Positions 23,951 through 36,924 of a stretch of DNA of 64,000 nt are shown here, piece by piece. A program made the position numbers and the translations under genes. Numbering within the stretch: the first letter of the stretch is position 1; each line of letters starts with the position of its first letter. Origin of the DNA: Camelus dromedarius (Eukaryota); NCBI RefSeq assembly GCF_036321535.1, contig NC_087447.1, positions 41,418,001 through 41,482,000 of the forward strand, read 5' to 3'. The notes beneath the pieces were generated by a model. The model was not told the DNA's origin, ran no database searches, and worked only from the letters and a program-made list of their open reading frames with translations.

Positions 23951-24933
23951 TGCCAGTCCAACAGAACTGGATTTACATCCTTGCTCTCCCATTGTCTAGC
24001 TGGGATCCTGGAGCATCTACTTCACTGAGCTTCAGTTTCCTAGTTTGCAGTTTCCCTAGAAAATGAGCTTAGCCATATTTACTCTGCAAGGCTGTTCTAA
24101 GGAACAAATGAGAAAGTGACTCTAATGCAAGTTGATGTTTGATAAATGGTGGTTGTTGAAATGGTTTTTATTATCCTGCTCCAGGGGACAAGGTCTAGGA
24201 AGTGGTTGGATATCTGGACCTGGATGTTGAGAGAGGTGTGGGCTGAGGCAGTCCTTCCAGACACCCCTAGTCTGTGCTCAGAGCCCTCAAATCTCAGGTA
24301 GGGAAAAGGCCTCCTTGAGAAAACAGATCTGGAGAAAGTTTATCCCCAGGTCAAATAACTTTGACCTTTTGAGGGGTCATCCTGGGCCTCAGAACATCTT
24401 TAACCAGAAGTCCCATAGGTTACTTTTCCAAATCCTGGAGATTGCTGAAAACAAATGCTTTCATTGAAATAAGCTAGGATAAGCAGATATTTTACAAGTA
24501 ATTTTACTGTTTTTATTAAAAATAGCTCATGTCCATTAGCAAAACTAATCAAATAATAGTGAGAAATACAAAGAAGAAAGTAAAAATCACTTACACCATA
24601 CACCCCCTTCCCTACAAATACAGGAGGGAGGGGAAGGGAGGGAGGAGGAGAGAGATTATGCTAAATTGCTTGATGTAGTTTTTTTTTTTTTAGTAAAAAG
24701 CATTAAAATTTAATTGAACTTGAATTAAAATGAAGTGAAACTGTAGGACTTGTTAAATTTTGGTAATTGCTTCCTCCAAAAAGACCAGTTTTTAAAACTT
24801 TTTTAACACCTTTATTACAGTTTGATTCCTATTCACTAAACTACACAATTTGATGAGTTTTGATAGATGTATACACCAATGAAACCACCACGACAATCAA
24901 GGTAGTTAACATTTCTGTCACTCCCCAAGAGGT

Positions 24934-27900
24934 GCAAATTTCGAATTCCCAACTTATTCCTTCCCACCATCTTTATGCCCTGGTAACCATAAGTTTGTTC
25001 TTTATGTCTGTGAGTCTGTTTCTGTTTTGTAGATAAGCTCACTTGTGTCTTTTTTTTTAATCCACATACAAACGATATCATATGATATTTTTATTTCTCT
25101 TTCTGACTTATTTCACTTAGAATGACAATTTCCAGGTCCATCCATGTTGCTGCAAATGGCATTATTTTATTCTTTTTTATGGCTGAGTAGTACTCCATTG
25201 TGTGTGTGGGGGTGGTATACACGCACACACACACCCCACATCTTCTTTACTCAGTCATTTGTCTATGGACATTTGGGTTGTTTCCACATCTTGGCTATTG
25301 TAAATGGTGCTGCTATGAACATTGGGGTACATGTGTCTTTTCAAATTATGTTTTCCTCCAGATATAGGCCCAGGAGTGGGATTGCTGGATCATACGGTAA
25401 ATCTATTTTTAGTTTTTTGAGGAATCTCCATACTGTCCTCCATAGTGGCTACACCAATTTATATTCCCACCAGCAGTGTATGAGGATTCCTTTTTCTACA
25501 CACCCTCTCCAGCATTTATTATTTGTGGACTTTTTAATGATGGCCATTCTGACTGATGTAAGGTGATATCTCATTGTAGTTTTGATTTTCATTTCTCTAA
25601 CAATTAGTGATGTTGAACATCATTTCATGTGCTTGTTGGCCATCTGGATGTCTTCTTTGAAGAAATATCTGTTTAGGTCTTCTGCCCATTTTTTGATTGG
25701 ATTGCTTGTTTTTTTGATAGGTGTATGAGCTGTTTATATATTTTGGAAATTAGTCCCTTGTCAGTCACATCATTTGCAAATATTTTCTCCCATTCTGTAG
25801 GTTGTCTTTTTGTTTTCTTGATGATATCTTTAGCTGTGTAAAAGCTTTTAAGATTAATTAGATTCCATTTGTTTATTTTTGCTTTTATTTCCATTACTGT
25901 ATGAGCTGGTACAAAAAAAAATATTGCTGTGATTTATGTCAAAGAGTGTTCTGCCTATATTTTCCTCTAGGAATTTTATAGTATCTAGTCTTCCATTTAG
26001 GTCTTTAATCCATTTTGAGTTTATTTTCGTGTATGGTGTTAGAGAATGTTCTAATTTCAGTCCTTTACAGGTAGCTGTCTAGTTTTCCCAGAACCACTTA
26101 TTGAAGAGACTGTCTCTTCTCCGTTGTATATTTTTGCCTTCTTTGTCATAGATTAATTGAGCATAAGTGCGTAGGTTTATTTCTGGACTTTCTATCCTGT
26201 TCCCTTGATCTATGTGTCTGTTTTTGTGCCAATACCATACTGATTTGATTACTGTAGCTTTGTAGTATAGTCTGAAGTCAGGGAGCATGATTCCCTTGGC
26301 TCTGTTTTCCTTTTTTCAAGACTATTTAGCTATTTGGGGTTTTTTGTGTTTCCATACAAATTTTAACATTTTTTTATTCCAGCTCCATGAAGAACGTCAT
26401 TGGTAATTTGATAGGGATTGCATTGAATCTGTATATTGCCTTGGGTAGTATGGCCATTTTAACAGTATTGATTATTCCAATCCAAGAACACAGTATATCT
26501 TTGCATCTGTTTATATCATCTTCAATTTTTTTTATCGGTGTCTCATAGTCTTCAGAGTACAGGTCCTTTGCCTCTTTGGATAAGTTTATTCCTAGGTGTT
26601 TTGTTCTTTCTGGTGTGATGGTAAATGGGATTATTTACTTAATTTCTTTTTTCCACTATTTCATTGTTAGTATATAGAAATGCAACTGATTTCTGTATAT
26701 TAATTTTGTATCCTGCAACTTTACCAAATTCATTGATGAGCTCTAGTAGTTTTCTGGTCACTTCTTTAGGGTTTTCTATGTATAGTATCATGTCCTCCAT
26801 GAACAGTGACAGTTTTACTTCTTTTCTGATTTGGATTCCTTTTATTTCTTTTTCTTCTCTTATTGTGATGGCTAGGACTTCCAAAACTATGTTGAATAAG
26901 TGGTGAGAGTGGGCATCCTTGTCTTGTTCCTGATCTTAGAGGAAATGCTTTCAGCTTTTCCCCATTAAGTATGATGTTAGCTGTGGGTTTCTCATATATG
27001 GCCTTTATAATGTTGAGGTATGTTCCATCTATGCCCATTTTCTGGAGAGTTTTCATCATAAATCAATGCTGAATTTTATCAAAAGCTTTTTCTGCATCTA
27101 TTGAGATGATCATATGGTTTGTATTCTTCAGTTTGTTAATGTGGTGTATCACATTGATTGATTTGCATATATTGAAAAATCCTTACAATCCACTTGATCA
27201 TAGTGTATGATCCTCTCAATGCATTGTTGGAATCAATTTGCTAGTATTTTGTTGAGTATTTTTGCATCTATATTCATAAGTGACATTGGCCTATAATTTT
27301 TTTTTGTTGTTGTTATCTTTGTCTTGTTTTGGTATGAGGGTGATAATGGCCTGGTAGAATGAGTTTGGAAGTGTTCCTTCCTCTGCAATTTTTTGGAATG
27401 GTTTCAGAAGGATAAGTGTTAACTCTTCTCTAAATGTTTGGTGGAATTCACCTGAAAAGCCATCTGGTCCTGGACTTTTGTTTTCTGGGAATTTTTAAAT
27501 TACTGATTTGATTTCAGTACTGGTCATTGATCTATTCATATTTTCTGTTTCTTTCTGATTCAATGTTGGCAAATTGTACCTTTCTAAAAAATTGTCCATT
27601 TCTTCTAGGTTGTCCTTTTTGTTGGCATATGGTTGCTCATAGTAGCCTCTTACGATCCCTTGTATTCCTGTGGTGTCAGTTGCGTCTTCTTTTTCATTTC
27701 TGATTTTATTAATTTGGGCCATCTCCCTTTTTTTTCTTGATGAGTCTGACTAAAGGTTTATCAATTTTGTTTATCTTTTCAAAGAACCAGCTTTTAGTTT
27801 TGTTGATTTTTTTTTTTTTAGTCTCTATTGCATTTATTTCTGCTCTGATCTTTATGATTTCTTTTCTTCTACTAACTTTTGGTTTTGTTGGTTCTTCTTT

Positions 27901-30900
27901 TTCTAGCTGCTTTAGGTGTAAGGTTAGGTTACTTATTCGAGATTTTTCTTGTTTCCTCTAGTAGGCTTGTATTGCTATAAACTTCCTCCTTAGAACTGCT
28001 TTTGCTGCATCCCAGAGGTTTTGGCTCATTGTATTTTCATTTGTCTCAAAGTGTTTTTTGATTTTCCCTTTATTTCTTCAGTGATCCATTGGTTGTTTAG
28101 TAGCATATTATTTAGCCTCCAAGTGTTTGCAGTTTTTGTAGTTTTTTTCTTGTAATTGATTTCTAACCTCATAGCATTGTGATTAAAAAAGATGCTTGGT
28201 ACAATTTCAGTTTTCTTAAATTTACTGGGGCTTGCTTTGTGGGCCAACATGTGGTCAATTCTGGAGAATGTTCCTTGTGCACTTGAGAAGAATATGTATT
28301 CTGTTGCTTTTGGATGGAATGCTCTAAATATCAATGAAGTCCATCTGCCTAATGTGTCACTTAGGGCCTGTATTTCCTTATTGATTTTCTGTCTGGATGA
28401 TCTGTCCATTGATGTAAGTGGGGTGTTAGGTCCTCCACTATTATTGTGTTATTGTTGACTTCTTTTTTTATGTCTGTTAGCAATTGCCTTATATATTGAG
28501 GTTCTCCTATGTTGGGTGCATATATATTTACAATTGCTATCTTTTTGGATTGATCCCTTGAGCATTCTGTAGTGTCCTTCTTCATTTCTTGTAACAGTCT
28601 GTATTTTAAAATCTATTTTGTCTAATATAAGTATTGCTACTCCAGCTCTCTTTTGGTTTCCATTTGCATGGAATATTTTTTTCCATCCATTCACTTTCAG
28701 TTTGCATCTGTCTCTATCTCTGAAGTGGGTCTCTTGTAGGCAGCATATATATGGGTCTTGTTTTTGTATCCATTTATCCAGTCTGTGTCTTTTGGTTGGA
28801 GCATTTAATCCATTTACATTTAAGGTAATTATCAATATGAATGTTCTTATTGCCATTTTATTCATTGTTTTGGGTTTGTTTTGTAGATCTTTTTTTCTTT
28901 CTTTCTTCTTTTTGTTCTCTTGCAATTTGATAACTAGAGAAGTTCCTTTAACATTTGTTGTAAAGCCAGTTTGGTGGTGCTGAATTCTTTTAGCTTTTGT
29001 TTATCTGTGAAGCTTTTGATTTCTCCGTCAAATCTGAACAAACGCCTTGCTGGATAGAGTATTCATGGTTATAAGTTTTTCTCTTTTACAACTTTAAATA
29101 TATCATGCCACTTCCTTCTGGCCTGTAGAGTGTCTGCTGAAAAGTCAGCTGATAACTTTATGAGAACTCCCTTGTATGTTAATTATTGTTTTTCTCTTGC
29201 TGATTTTAATATTTTCTCCTTATCCTTAATTTTTGTCAATTTGATTACTATGTGCCACAGTATGTTCCTCTTTGGGTTAATCCTGTGTGGAACTCTCTGT
29301 GCTTCCTGGACTTGGGTGACTGTTTCCTTTCCTAAGTTAGAGAATTTTTTGGCTATTATCTCTTTGAATATTTTCTCAGGTCCTTTCTCTCTTTTCTTTC
29401 TGGGACCCCTATAATGTGAATATTAGGATGCTTCATATTGTCCCAGATTTCTCTTAAGCTATCCTAATTTCTTTTTATTCTCTTTTCTTTTTATTGTTCT
29501 GCAATAGTGATTTCCACTAATCTGTCTTCTAGTTCACTGATCCATTCTTCTGTCTTTGGTTCCTTCTAGTCTGTTATCCATTTCAGTCATTGTATTCTTC
29601 AACTCTGGACACTCTTTGTATTTTGTAATTATTTGCTAAAAACTTCCCTCTGTGTATCTGTACTCTTCCTGAATTCTCTGAACATCTTCACCATCATTAC
29701 TCTAAACTCTTTCTCAGATAGGTTGCCTATCTCCTCATCTTTTATTTCCTCTTCTGGGATTATATCTTGTGCCTTGGCCTGGAAGATATTCTGCTGCTGC
29801 CTCATATTGTCTAACTTTCTATTTGTGTTTTCAGGTGGGTTAGTTATGTTTCTCAACCTTGGAGAAGGGCCCTCAGTGGGAGATGTCCTGTGCATCCCAG
29901 CAGTACACTTCTCTCTTGTAACCCAAGGGCCAGAGTCCAGCTGGTCCCAGGGTAGAGTCTGACCTGTGTTTGTGGATTCTTTCCACAAGCTTTGGGATTA
30001 TTGTTTTCTTATTGCTGGTATCTGCCCCCTTGGTGGGTGAGTCTGGACTAGAGGCTTATGCAGGTTTTCTGGCAGGAGGAGTGCCTGCCCACTGCTGGGT
30101 GGAGTTTGGTCATGGCCCTCTGGTGGGTAGGGCCATGCCTAGGGGCATGCCTGGAGGCAGCTATGGACTCTGTGAAGCCGGCTGATGGATGAAGGCTGTG
30201 TTTCCACCCAGTGTGTTATTTGTCTTGAGGCTTCCCAACACTTAAGCCTACAGGCTGTTGGGTGGGGCTAGGTCTTGGAGCTAATGATCCAAGCAAGATG
30301 TCAGCCTCTAGAAAATTTCAAGTAGATGAACACTTCTCGAATGTCCGCCACCAGCTTTTATGTCCCCAGGGTGAGCCACAACTGCCCCCTACCTCCCCAG
30401 GAGACTTTCCAAAACCAGCAGGCAGGTCTGGCCCAGATTCCTATGAAGTCGCTGCCTCTGCCCTTGGTCCCAGCATGCACAAAATTCTGTGTGCACTTCC
30501 GAAAAGAGTGAAATCTCTTTTTCCCCCAGTCCCATGGAGCTCTGGAGTTAAGCCCTGATGGCCTTCAAAGCCAGATGTTCTGGGGTCTTCTCCCAATGCT
30601 GGAACCACAGGCTGGGGAATCTGACATGGGGCTCAGAACTCTCCTGTGGGAGAGCCTCTGCAACTTAATTATTCTTCAGCTTGTGGGTCGCCCACCCGAG
30701 GAATATGGGGCCTGAATATATCACAAGCATGCCTCTCTGCTGTCCTGCTGAGGTACACTCTTTCTGTTTCCAGTTGAAGAGGATCTTTTTTGCTAGGTTC
30801 CAGTTTTTTGTTTTTTTTTTTAAATGGTTGTTTAGTAGTCAGTCGTGGTTTTGTTATAGTTGTGAGGAGAGATGAGCTCGTGGTCATACTACACCTCCAT

Positions 30901-30913
30901 CTTGACCGGAACC
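24934..30913 (-). mobile_element. Near-full-length, inactivated LINE-1 (artiodactyl/camelid-like), antisense to IRAG1
   Basis: Minus-strand fragments: ORF1 start (MRQQQNIFQAKAQD...NLSEKEFRVMMVKMF, ATG ~29805), ORF2 endonuclease (IITLNVNGLNAPTKRHRL...CCLQETH), RT ([29 protein letters not shown]) and C-terminal parts ([27 protein letters not shown]). 5' end reads GTTCCGGTCAAGATGG. Many frameshifts and stops. Confidence 0.95.
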
Positions 30914-32222
30914 TTTAAAACTGTCAAAATACATATTTTGAAATACATTAAGTGTTTGGAGTCATTAAGGTACTTTTTTTATATTACACGTGTCAAGTTT
31001 GGAATATTCACTTCCTGCAGGGAAAGATGAGAATGGCAGTATTTCTTCCCAACCTTTCCACCTCTACATATACAGATCATAATTCTTTTCATATTCTCAA
31101 GGTTGTAACATTGACATTCCATTCTGTAACCATAATTTTCATTGTTATTTAGCCTTAAACCTATAAGTAAAAGAATTTAATGCTCACCACCAGTCTCTTT
31201 ACTGTGGCTCACCATTCCCAAGTTGGTAATTTTGATTTACGTCATGTTTAGCTGGATTTCATTATTCAGTAGTTTTCCCAGAAGGGCTTAGAGGTGCATG
31301 TTCCCTAAATTCTGGCATGTTTGAAAATGTTGTTTTTATTCCTGAAGGACAGCTTGGATGGTTATAAATCCTGGATCACTCTTTTCCTCAAAGCTTTGTA
31401 GATGCTACACTGTATTCAAAGTTGTAGAGAAGTCTGAGGCCAGCTGATTTGCAGTACCCCCTCAAACCTCACTTTTCCTTGTAGGTGACTTTCTCTTTCT
31501 TTGAGGATAGTTGGAGAAGCATTTCTATATCCATGTATAGATATAGATCTATATAAGATACATATACAAACATAGAAAGAGTAAGATACATATGTATTTT
31601 TCCTAACATGGTGTGCTTTCTCAATTTGCAAGTTCAGCTTTTCTCTCAGTGGAGGAAAATTTTTCTTCTCCTGTGTCTTTGAACATTTTCTTCCTTTTGT
31701 TTACTACAGAGACACCAGAATCCATAAATTTTTCATCAGTGTCTCAACTGCAGTTCCATGTTTCTACCTCTAAATATTTCAATCGTTCTTTCCTTCTTTC
31801 CTTCCTGGAGCTCACCTCAGTCTCCACCACTAATTTAGTTTAATTTTTTATTCCTTCATATTTCCAACATATTGGTTAGTTCTATGTTTTTAGAATTTTG
31901 GGCTTAGTTTTGTTATTTTGGTCTTCAGTTTATTTCCTGAAATTGTAATTTTCCGTTTTGTATGGTCGTTTCATCTCACCTCAGATTCTTATTTTCATTT
32001 TTTTCAGGTTCTGACTTCTCCTTGAGTCAATGCATTTGTGGTATACATTTTGCACAAAAATGCATTTTTGATGAGTTTCTTGCATCTCTATTTCCATCCT
32101 GACATCTGTCTCCTGCACATTTCCTTCTTTCCATTATACCTTCCTCCCCTCTTTCCTTCCTCTTTTGACTACACAATTTTAGTGTAGTTGCCAGGCCATT
32201 TGTTTTCATTTAATTTCTTTTT

Positions 32223-32390
32223 TTAAAACATTTTTTTTATTGAGTTATAGTCATTTTACAGTGTTGTGTCAAATTCCAGTGTAGGGCACAATTTTTCAGT
32301 TATACATGAACATACATATATTCATTGTCATTTTTTTTTTTTCGCTGTGAACTGCCACAAGATCTTGTATTTATTTCCCTGTGCTATACA
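32223..32390 (-). mobile_element. Short 5'-truncated young L1 3' end with 15-bp TSD
   Basis: T-rich tail then ttattgagttatagtcattttacagtgttgtgtcaaattccagtgtag...ccctgtgctataca; flanked by ATTTAATTTCTTTTT (32208-32222) and ATTTAATTCCTTTTT (32391-32405). Confidence 0.8.
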
Positions 32391-33445
32391 ATTTAATTCC
32401 TTTTTGGTATGAATATTTCTACCTGGATTTTTCTCTTGACCTATATACATTGTGTAGGTGAATTCTCATTGACTTTTTCCTACCTTAACTGAGATCTCTG
32501 CCCTCTTGGCAGTGCTTAGTCGAGGACTGGGTATCTGTGTCTGCTTTGTTACTGCTTGGGTGGTGGGGAAAAGGGGAAGTTGAGGTGGAGCTGTGGGTAG
32601 CGGTGGCTGTGGGATTGGTTTCTGCTTCTTTTCTATAACTTTGTTCACAGTCTCACAGTTGAATTTATTACAGTAAAGTGGGGGCATATCTTATTCTGTG
32701 GGTGGGCAGTAGTGGGGCATGGATTATTTCACCAGTTCAGGGTAGAATTATAGGGGCAACCTGCTGGGGTATTTATTTTCCAGACTTGATTCAGCTATTC
32801 CTAGCAGCCAGTCCTATTCTCCTGCCAGATAGAGGAAGGAAAAGATAGACAAATTCAAGGAGTTGGCCACTCTGCACTTTTTCAGAAGCATGGGTAGAGA
32901 TGGGATGGCAGTGTCATTTGGGGCTTTCCATATGTCTCTTGCCACTCATTCCATCAAAGGGCCTTGTTTTATTTATTTTCTCTTTCATCTCCCCTTCTGG
33001 TAAATCCCTCTATAAATCAGAGATAATCAGCTCTGGTAGAGTACCAGGCTATTACTCTGCCTTTCCTCTCCGCTCCTCCTCAGGGCAAAAAGCAAATAGC
33101 AGCACAGACAGCGCTTTGTCTTGGAGTATTGTCATGGTGGAACGGAGGCCTTCCTACTCTAGAGAAACTTTCTGAACCGCCTCTGCAGGCTGCCTGCACA
33201 CCCATCGGTCCAGTTCTTTTCTAGCTCTGTAGTCAAAAAAGTGACTACAAAAATGTGTCCCAACTTTTCCTCTGACATCTTCCTCTCAGTACTGATCCTT
33301 TGAGGGAATAAGTGGGGTGATCACAGGTGGGAGCTCTACATTTATTCCTAGGAAGTTCTGTCTTTCTCTGGCCACTACTTTTAAAGATTATTGTCTTTTC
33401 CCGTACAAGAGAATAGCCAGTATATTTTTGGATGGTTTAAAAACT

Positions 33446-33489
<44 letters not shown>
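33446..33489. repeat. (TTG)14 microsatellite
   Basis: Directly visible. Confidence 0.97.
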
Positions 33490-34289
33490 AATTGGGTTGA
33501 GTTCAGGAGGAGGGTGGCCAGTTCTGAGATCCACTAGTTCTGGGATCACTCTTAAGACAGCAATTTTAGCAGGGCTGGAAGCCCTAACTAGTTCCCTTTT
33601 TGGGAGGTGGGATTCAGCCTAGGGGACTTTTCTAGGCACAAGCCCCTGCTATGACTTTCCAGTGATTATTAGACCTCGTGTGGTTCAGTCAATCATATAG
33701 ATTCCTCAGGAGCCCACTGCTTCACTATCTCTCTGCTGGGTGCAGTGGGGGTACATAAAGGTAGAGTGAGGCCACAAGGTTTGCCGTCTGTCATGTGGAA
33801 GTGTGAGAGAGCAGTAAGTGCCAGGACAGAACCCAGGAGGTGGCAGGTAGCTAAGAGAACATCAATCCAACCTCATATCCAAAGAAGGATCGCTGACTGC
33901 CCCATCTCACAGGTGGCCCTCCAGACTTTGCAGGATGCCTTGAGTACTAGGAAACTCATGAGGGCCGTTCTGTAATTGGAAAGCTCAAAGTATTTAAACA
34001 TTCTTTACCTTGAGCCAAACTATACCTCCTCCTCTCTCTGCATGGTCTCCCCTGGTGAGGTTTCTAATTCTAACTCATGACTCCCAATCTTAGCTCCATT
34101 TAAATGGCTACCACAGCCTTGGCCATAGTCCTGATCTCTGGCCTGGACTATAATTCTGGAAATGTGCTCATGGGTCAAAACCCATGAAAGATGGTGAATC
34201 GTGGGTAACTGTAAAAATCTCAGACCCCAGACACAAGGGCCTGGTAGATACTCTGGAGAGTGATAGGAAGACCATAGAATTTGGAGCAA

Positions 34290-34470
34290 ATAGAACTGAA
34301 GTCTGATTATGCCATTTACTAGTTCTGTGACCTTAAGCAAGTGGTAACCTTGCTGAGTCTTGGTTTACCCACCTGTAAAATAGGATGATCAAGTTCTAGC
34401 TCATTGGGTCATTGTGAGGATAAAATAACAATTATAAAGCCCCTGACATATAACTAGGTTCTAATAATTA
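34290..34470 (+). mobile_element. MIR SINE
   Basis: gccatttactagttctgtgaccttaagcaagt...acctgtaaaataggatga...ttgtgaggataaaat. Confidence 0.75.
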
Positions 34471-34562
34471 TTAAAGCTCTTCCTTACTACTGAAGCACGT
34501 TGCCAAGAGTACAATGTGATTTCAAACAAACATTTTATAAGTTAAACACTTTATTTTTTCAG

Positions 34563-34686
34563 GGCCCCCTTCTGAACTCTCCCCAGCTACTGAGGAAGAA
34601 GAGTCCAAGAGCGGCTTGGATGTCATGCCCAATATTTCTGACGTGCTGCTGCGCAAACTGCGGGTCCACAAGTCTCTCCCTGGAAG
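34563..34686 (+). CDS. IRAG1: IRAG1 coding exon (phase 1-2) (G)[40 protein letters not shown](S)
   Basis: ttttttcag|GGCC...GAAG|gtaaaa; 124 nt. Confidence 0.96.
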
Positions 34687-36924
34687 GTAAAATCAGGGCA
34701 TGGGTGGCCCCTGTGTTCGATTCTGAACACAGGAGTACCAGACTTGGTTTTTGACCCCAGTAGGGTCAAAGTCCAATAGTCCAGACAAGGCTGATGCACC
34801 CAAAACAAAAAGAATAATAAAGGGCCAGGGGAGGTGGTTCCAACTCAAAGAGCAGGTGGGATTCGTAGGGGGGCATGAGGGTCCCAGAGGCTCATGGCAG
34901 CAGAGGGTGGTGGGTGTTGGGCCAGGAGAAATGGTTTCAACCTCACGTCACCGTTTACCTACAACTGGGAGATTCTAAGTGAGATATCTGCTTAGATAGA
35001 GATGTAGAACATTTGGAAACACACGAGGCAGGATGCTTGGAAAACCTGGCAGGCTCTTCCACACACGGGAGGAAAGTGGCTTTGCTTCCTGAACCTCGGC
35101 CTCCTCACCTATACCACGGGGGCCGGAAGTGCTCTGTCATGGGTAGGGAGCTGCCCTAGCTAACAAGACAGCATGTGAGCAGGGACCTGGGACCCTGTCA
35201 GCACATGACAGCCCTTGATAATTGAGATTGTTGAATTGAAAGTGTTTGGAGTATGAAGGAGAGAGGAGAGGCACCACCAAGCAGCAGGGATTGGGCGAGC
35301 ACCTGCAAGTGAGGCCCCCCGCCTAGCTCAGCAACTGTTTGGAGGAAACGACCTTTAAGAGCAAGCAGACGTAAGAATTCCTTCTGAGAGGAAGACAAGT
35401 TTTGCCAGGGGCTGTGTTATGTTCAAATTCTACACTGTAATCACCTAAAGCATAGAGTGACCAGGGCAGTACTCAGGAACTTAGCGACTAAAGCACTTTT
35501 CTAGGAAAAGTGCTAGAAATAAGTCAGAAGCGGGCTGCATCCACAGCTGGAGGAGGGCGGGGGTCAGGCTGGTTCACCTCGTGGGAGGCAGGCAGTGCGT
35601 GTCCAGAGGCAGGAAACCACTGCAGGTTACAGAGCATATTTACATGCTGTGTGTCTTTCAGTGTCTGTGACAACCCAGTGAGGCAGAAAAGGCAGGTTTT
35701 ATTTTATCCTCAACCAGGGAACAGGGAGACAAAGCAACGTGCTAGTAAGTGACAGAGTCACTGGTTCCAGACCTAATGCCTTTCCACCTGTGCCAGGGGC
35801 CTATCACAAGTACCCAAACCTCCATCGGTCCATTTCCATCTGCAAGGAGCAAGGCTGGTCAAGAGTGTGATTGGCTTCTTTTTCCTCAAAGCTGAAGATA
35901 CTTAGTATGACTAGGGCATACTTCTAGCTGACTAAATTCTGCCAGCCTCCCCAGGAGAGGGAGACTGAGCAGCTCTGTCTTCTCAAGTAAGTGAGCTTGA
36001 GAAGATACTAGTTACCAACCATGAGGCCATACTAGGCCTGCATAAATAAGGTCTACTTCTGAGGCATGTGGTCTAGGCTCAGACTGAGATCAGTGGCTCT
36101 CATGCATTGTGTCAAGAGCCATGTTGCCTGCCCCCAACCTCCCTGCTCCTGGCCTTAATAGAGGCAGTTTCCAACTTGGGCCTTTCTTTGGGCCCTAGTT
36201 TTGGGCTTGGCATAGATGGATAAACTGTACCCTAAGATCCTGTCCAATAAAAGGAAGCCAGAGTTTCAAGTTTCCTTCCCCCAGCAGAAATATGGGAATA
36301 GTATACTTGAGTAATTTTAAAGTATAATATTATTATACTTGAATATTATACTTGAATTTAATATGACGAAGGAGTTGGTTTCGTGTTTTATGTGGAATAT
36401 GTGAATTGGAATTAGACCATACCAAGAAGGAGCTCATAGGATCAGCAAGTTGAATGGGTTGTAGAAAAACTAGGTCTGGAACCCAAATTAGGGAGGTGGT
36501 CAGTGGTTGGTTAACAGGAGTGCAAAGAGGAGATGTAATTGGATGAGGTAGCCCCAGGGTCAAATACCAACAGAAACAATAAGCAGGCATTTAATCAACA
36601 GATATTCATTAAGTATCTATTATGTGCCAAAGTGGAAAACAAGCAGACACCTTCCCTGTTCTATGGCACTTACATTCCAGGTGGGGAGACAAATAATTTT
36701 CAGGTAACCAAATGAATGATTTCAGATGGCTAAGCTGCTAGGAAGACCACCAAATAGGCAGCAGAGAATGGCACGGAAACAGAACATTGGGTAGGGGCTC
36801 AAGGAAAGCCTCCGTGATAAAGTCGTAATTAATCTGAGACATGCAAATGACAGAAAGAAGCCATTCTTGCAAAGACTTCAGTGAAGAGATTTCCAGACAA
36901 AAAGTGCAGCTATTTCAGCAGGTG

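Larger units (their letters stand above)
30920..33590 (-). mobile_element. Ancient HAL1/L1M-type ORF1-like remnant
   Basis: Degenerate motifs typical of old L1M/HAL1 ORF1 in reverse orientation (ggacagcttggatggttataaatcctgg; gagaagtctgaggccagctgattt); family assignment from memory, boundaries approximate. Confidence 0.5.

Noticed and set aside
25144..29988. L1 ORFs as active genes
   Set aside because: ORF1 and ORF2 are split by many stops and frameshifts, and the RT catalytic motif reads FMEDM rather than FADDM.
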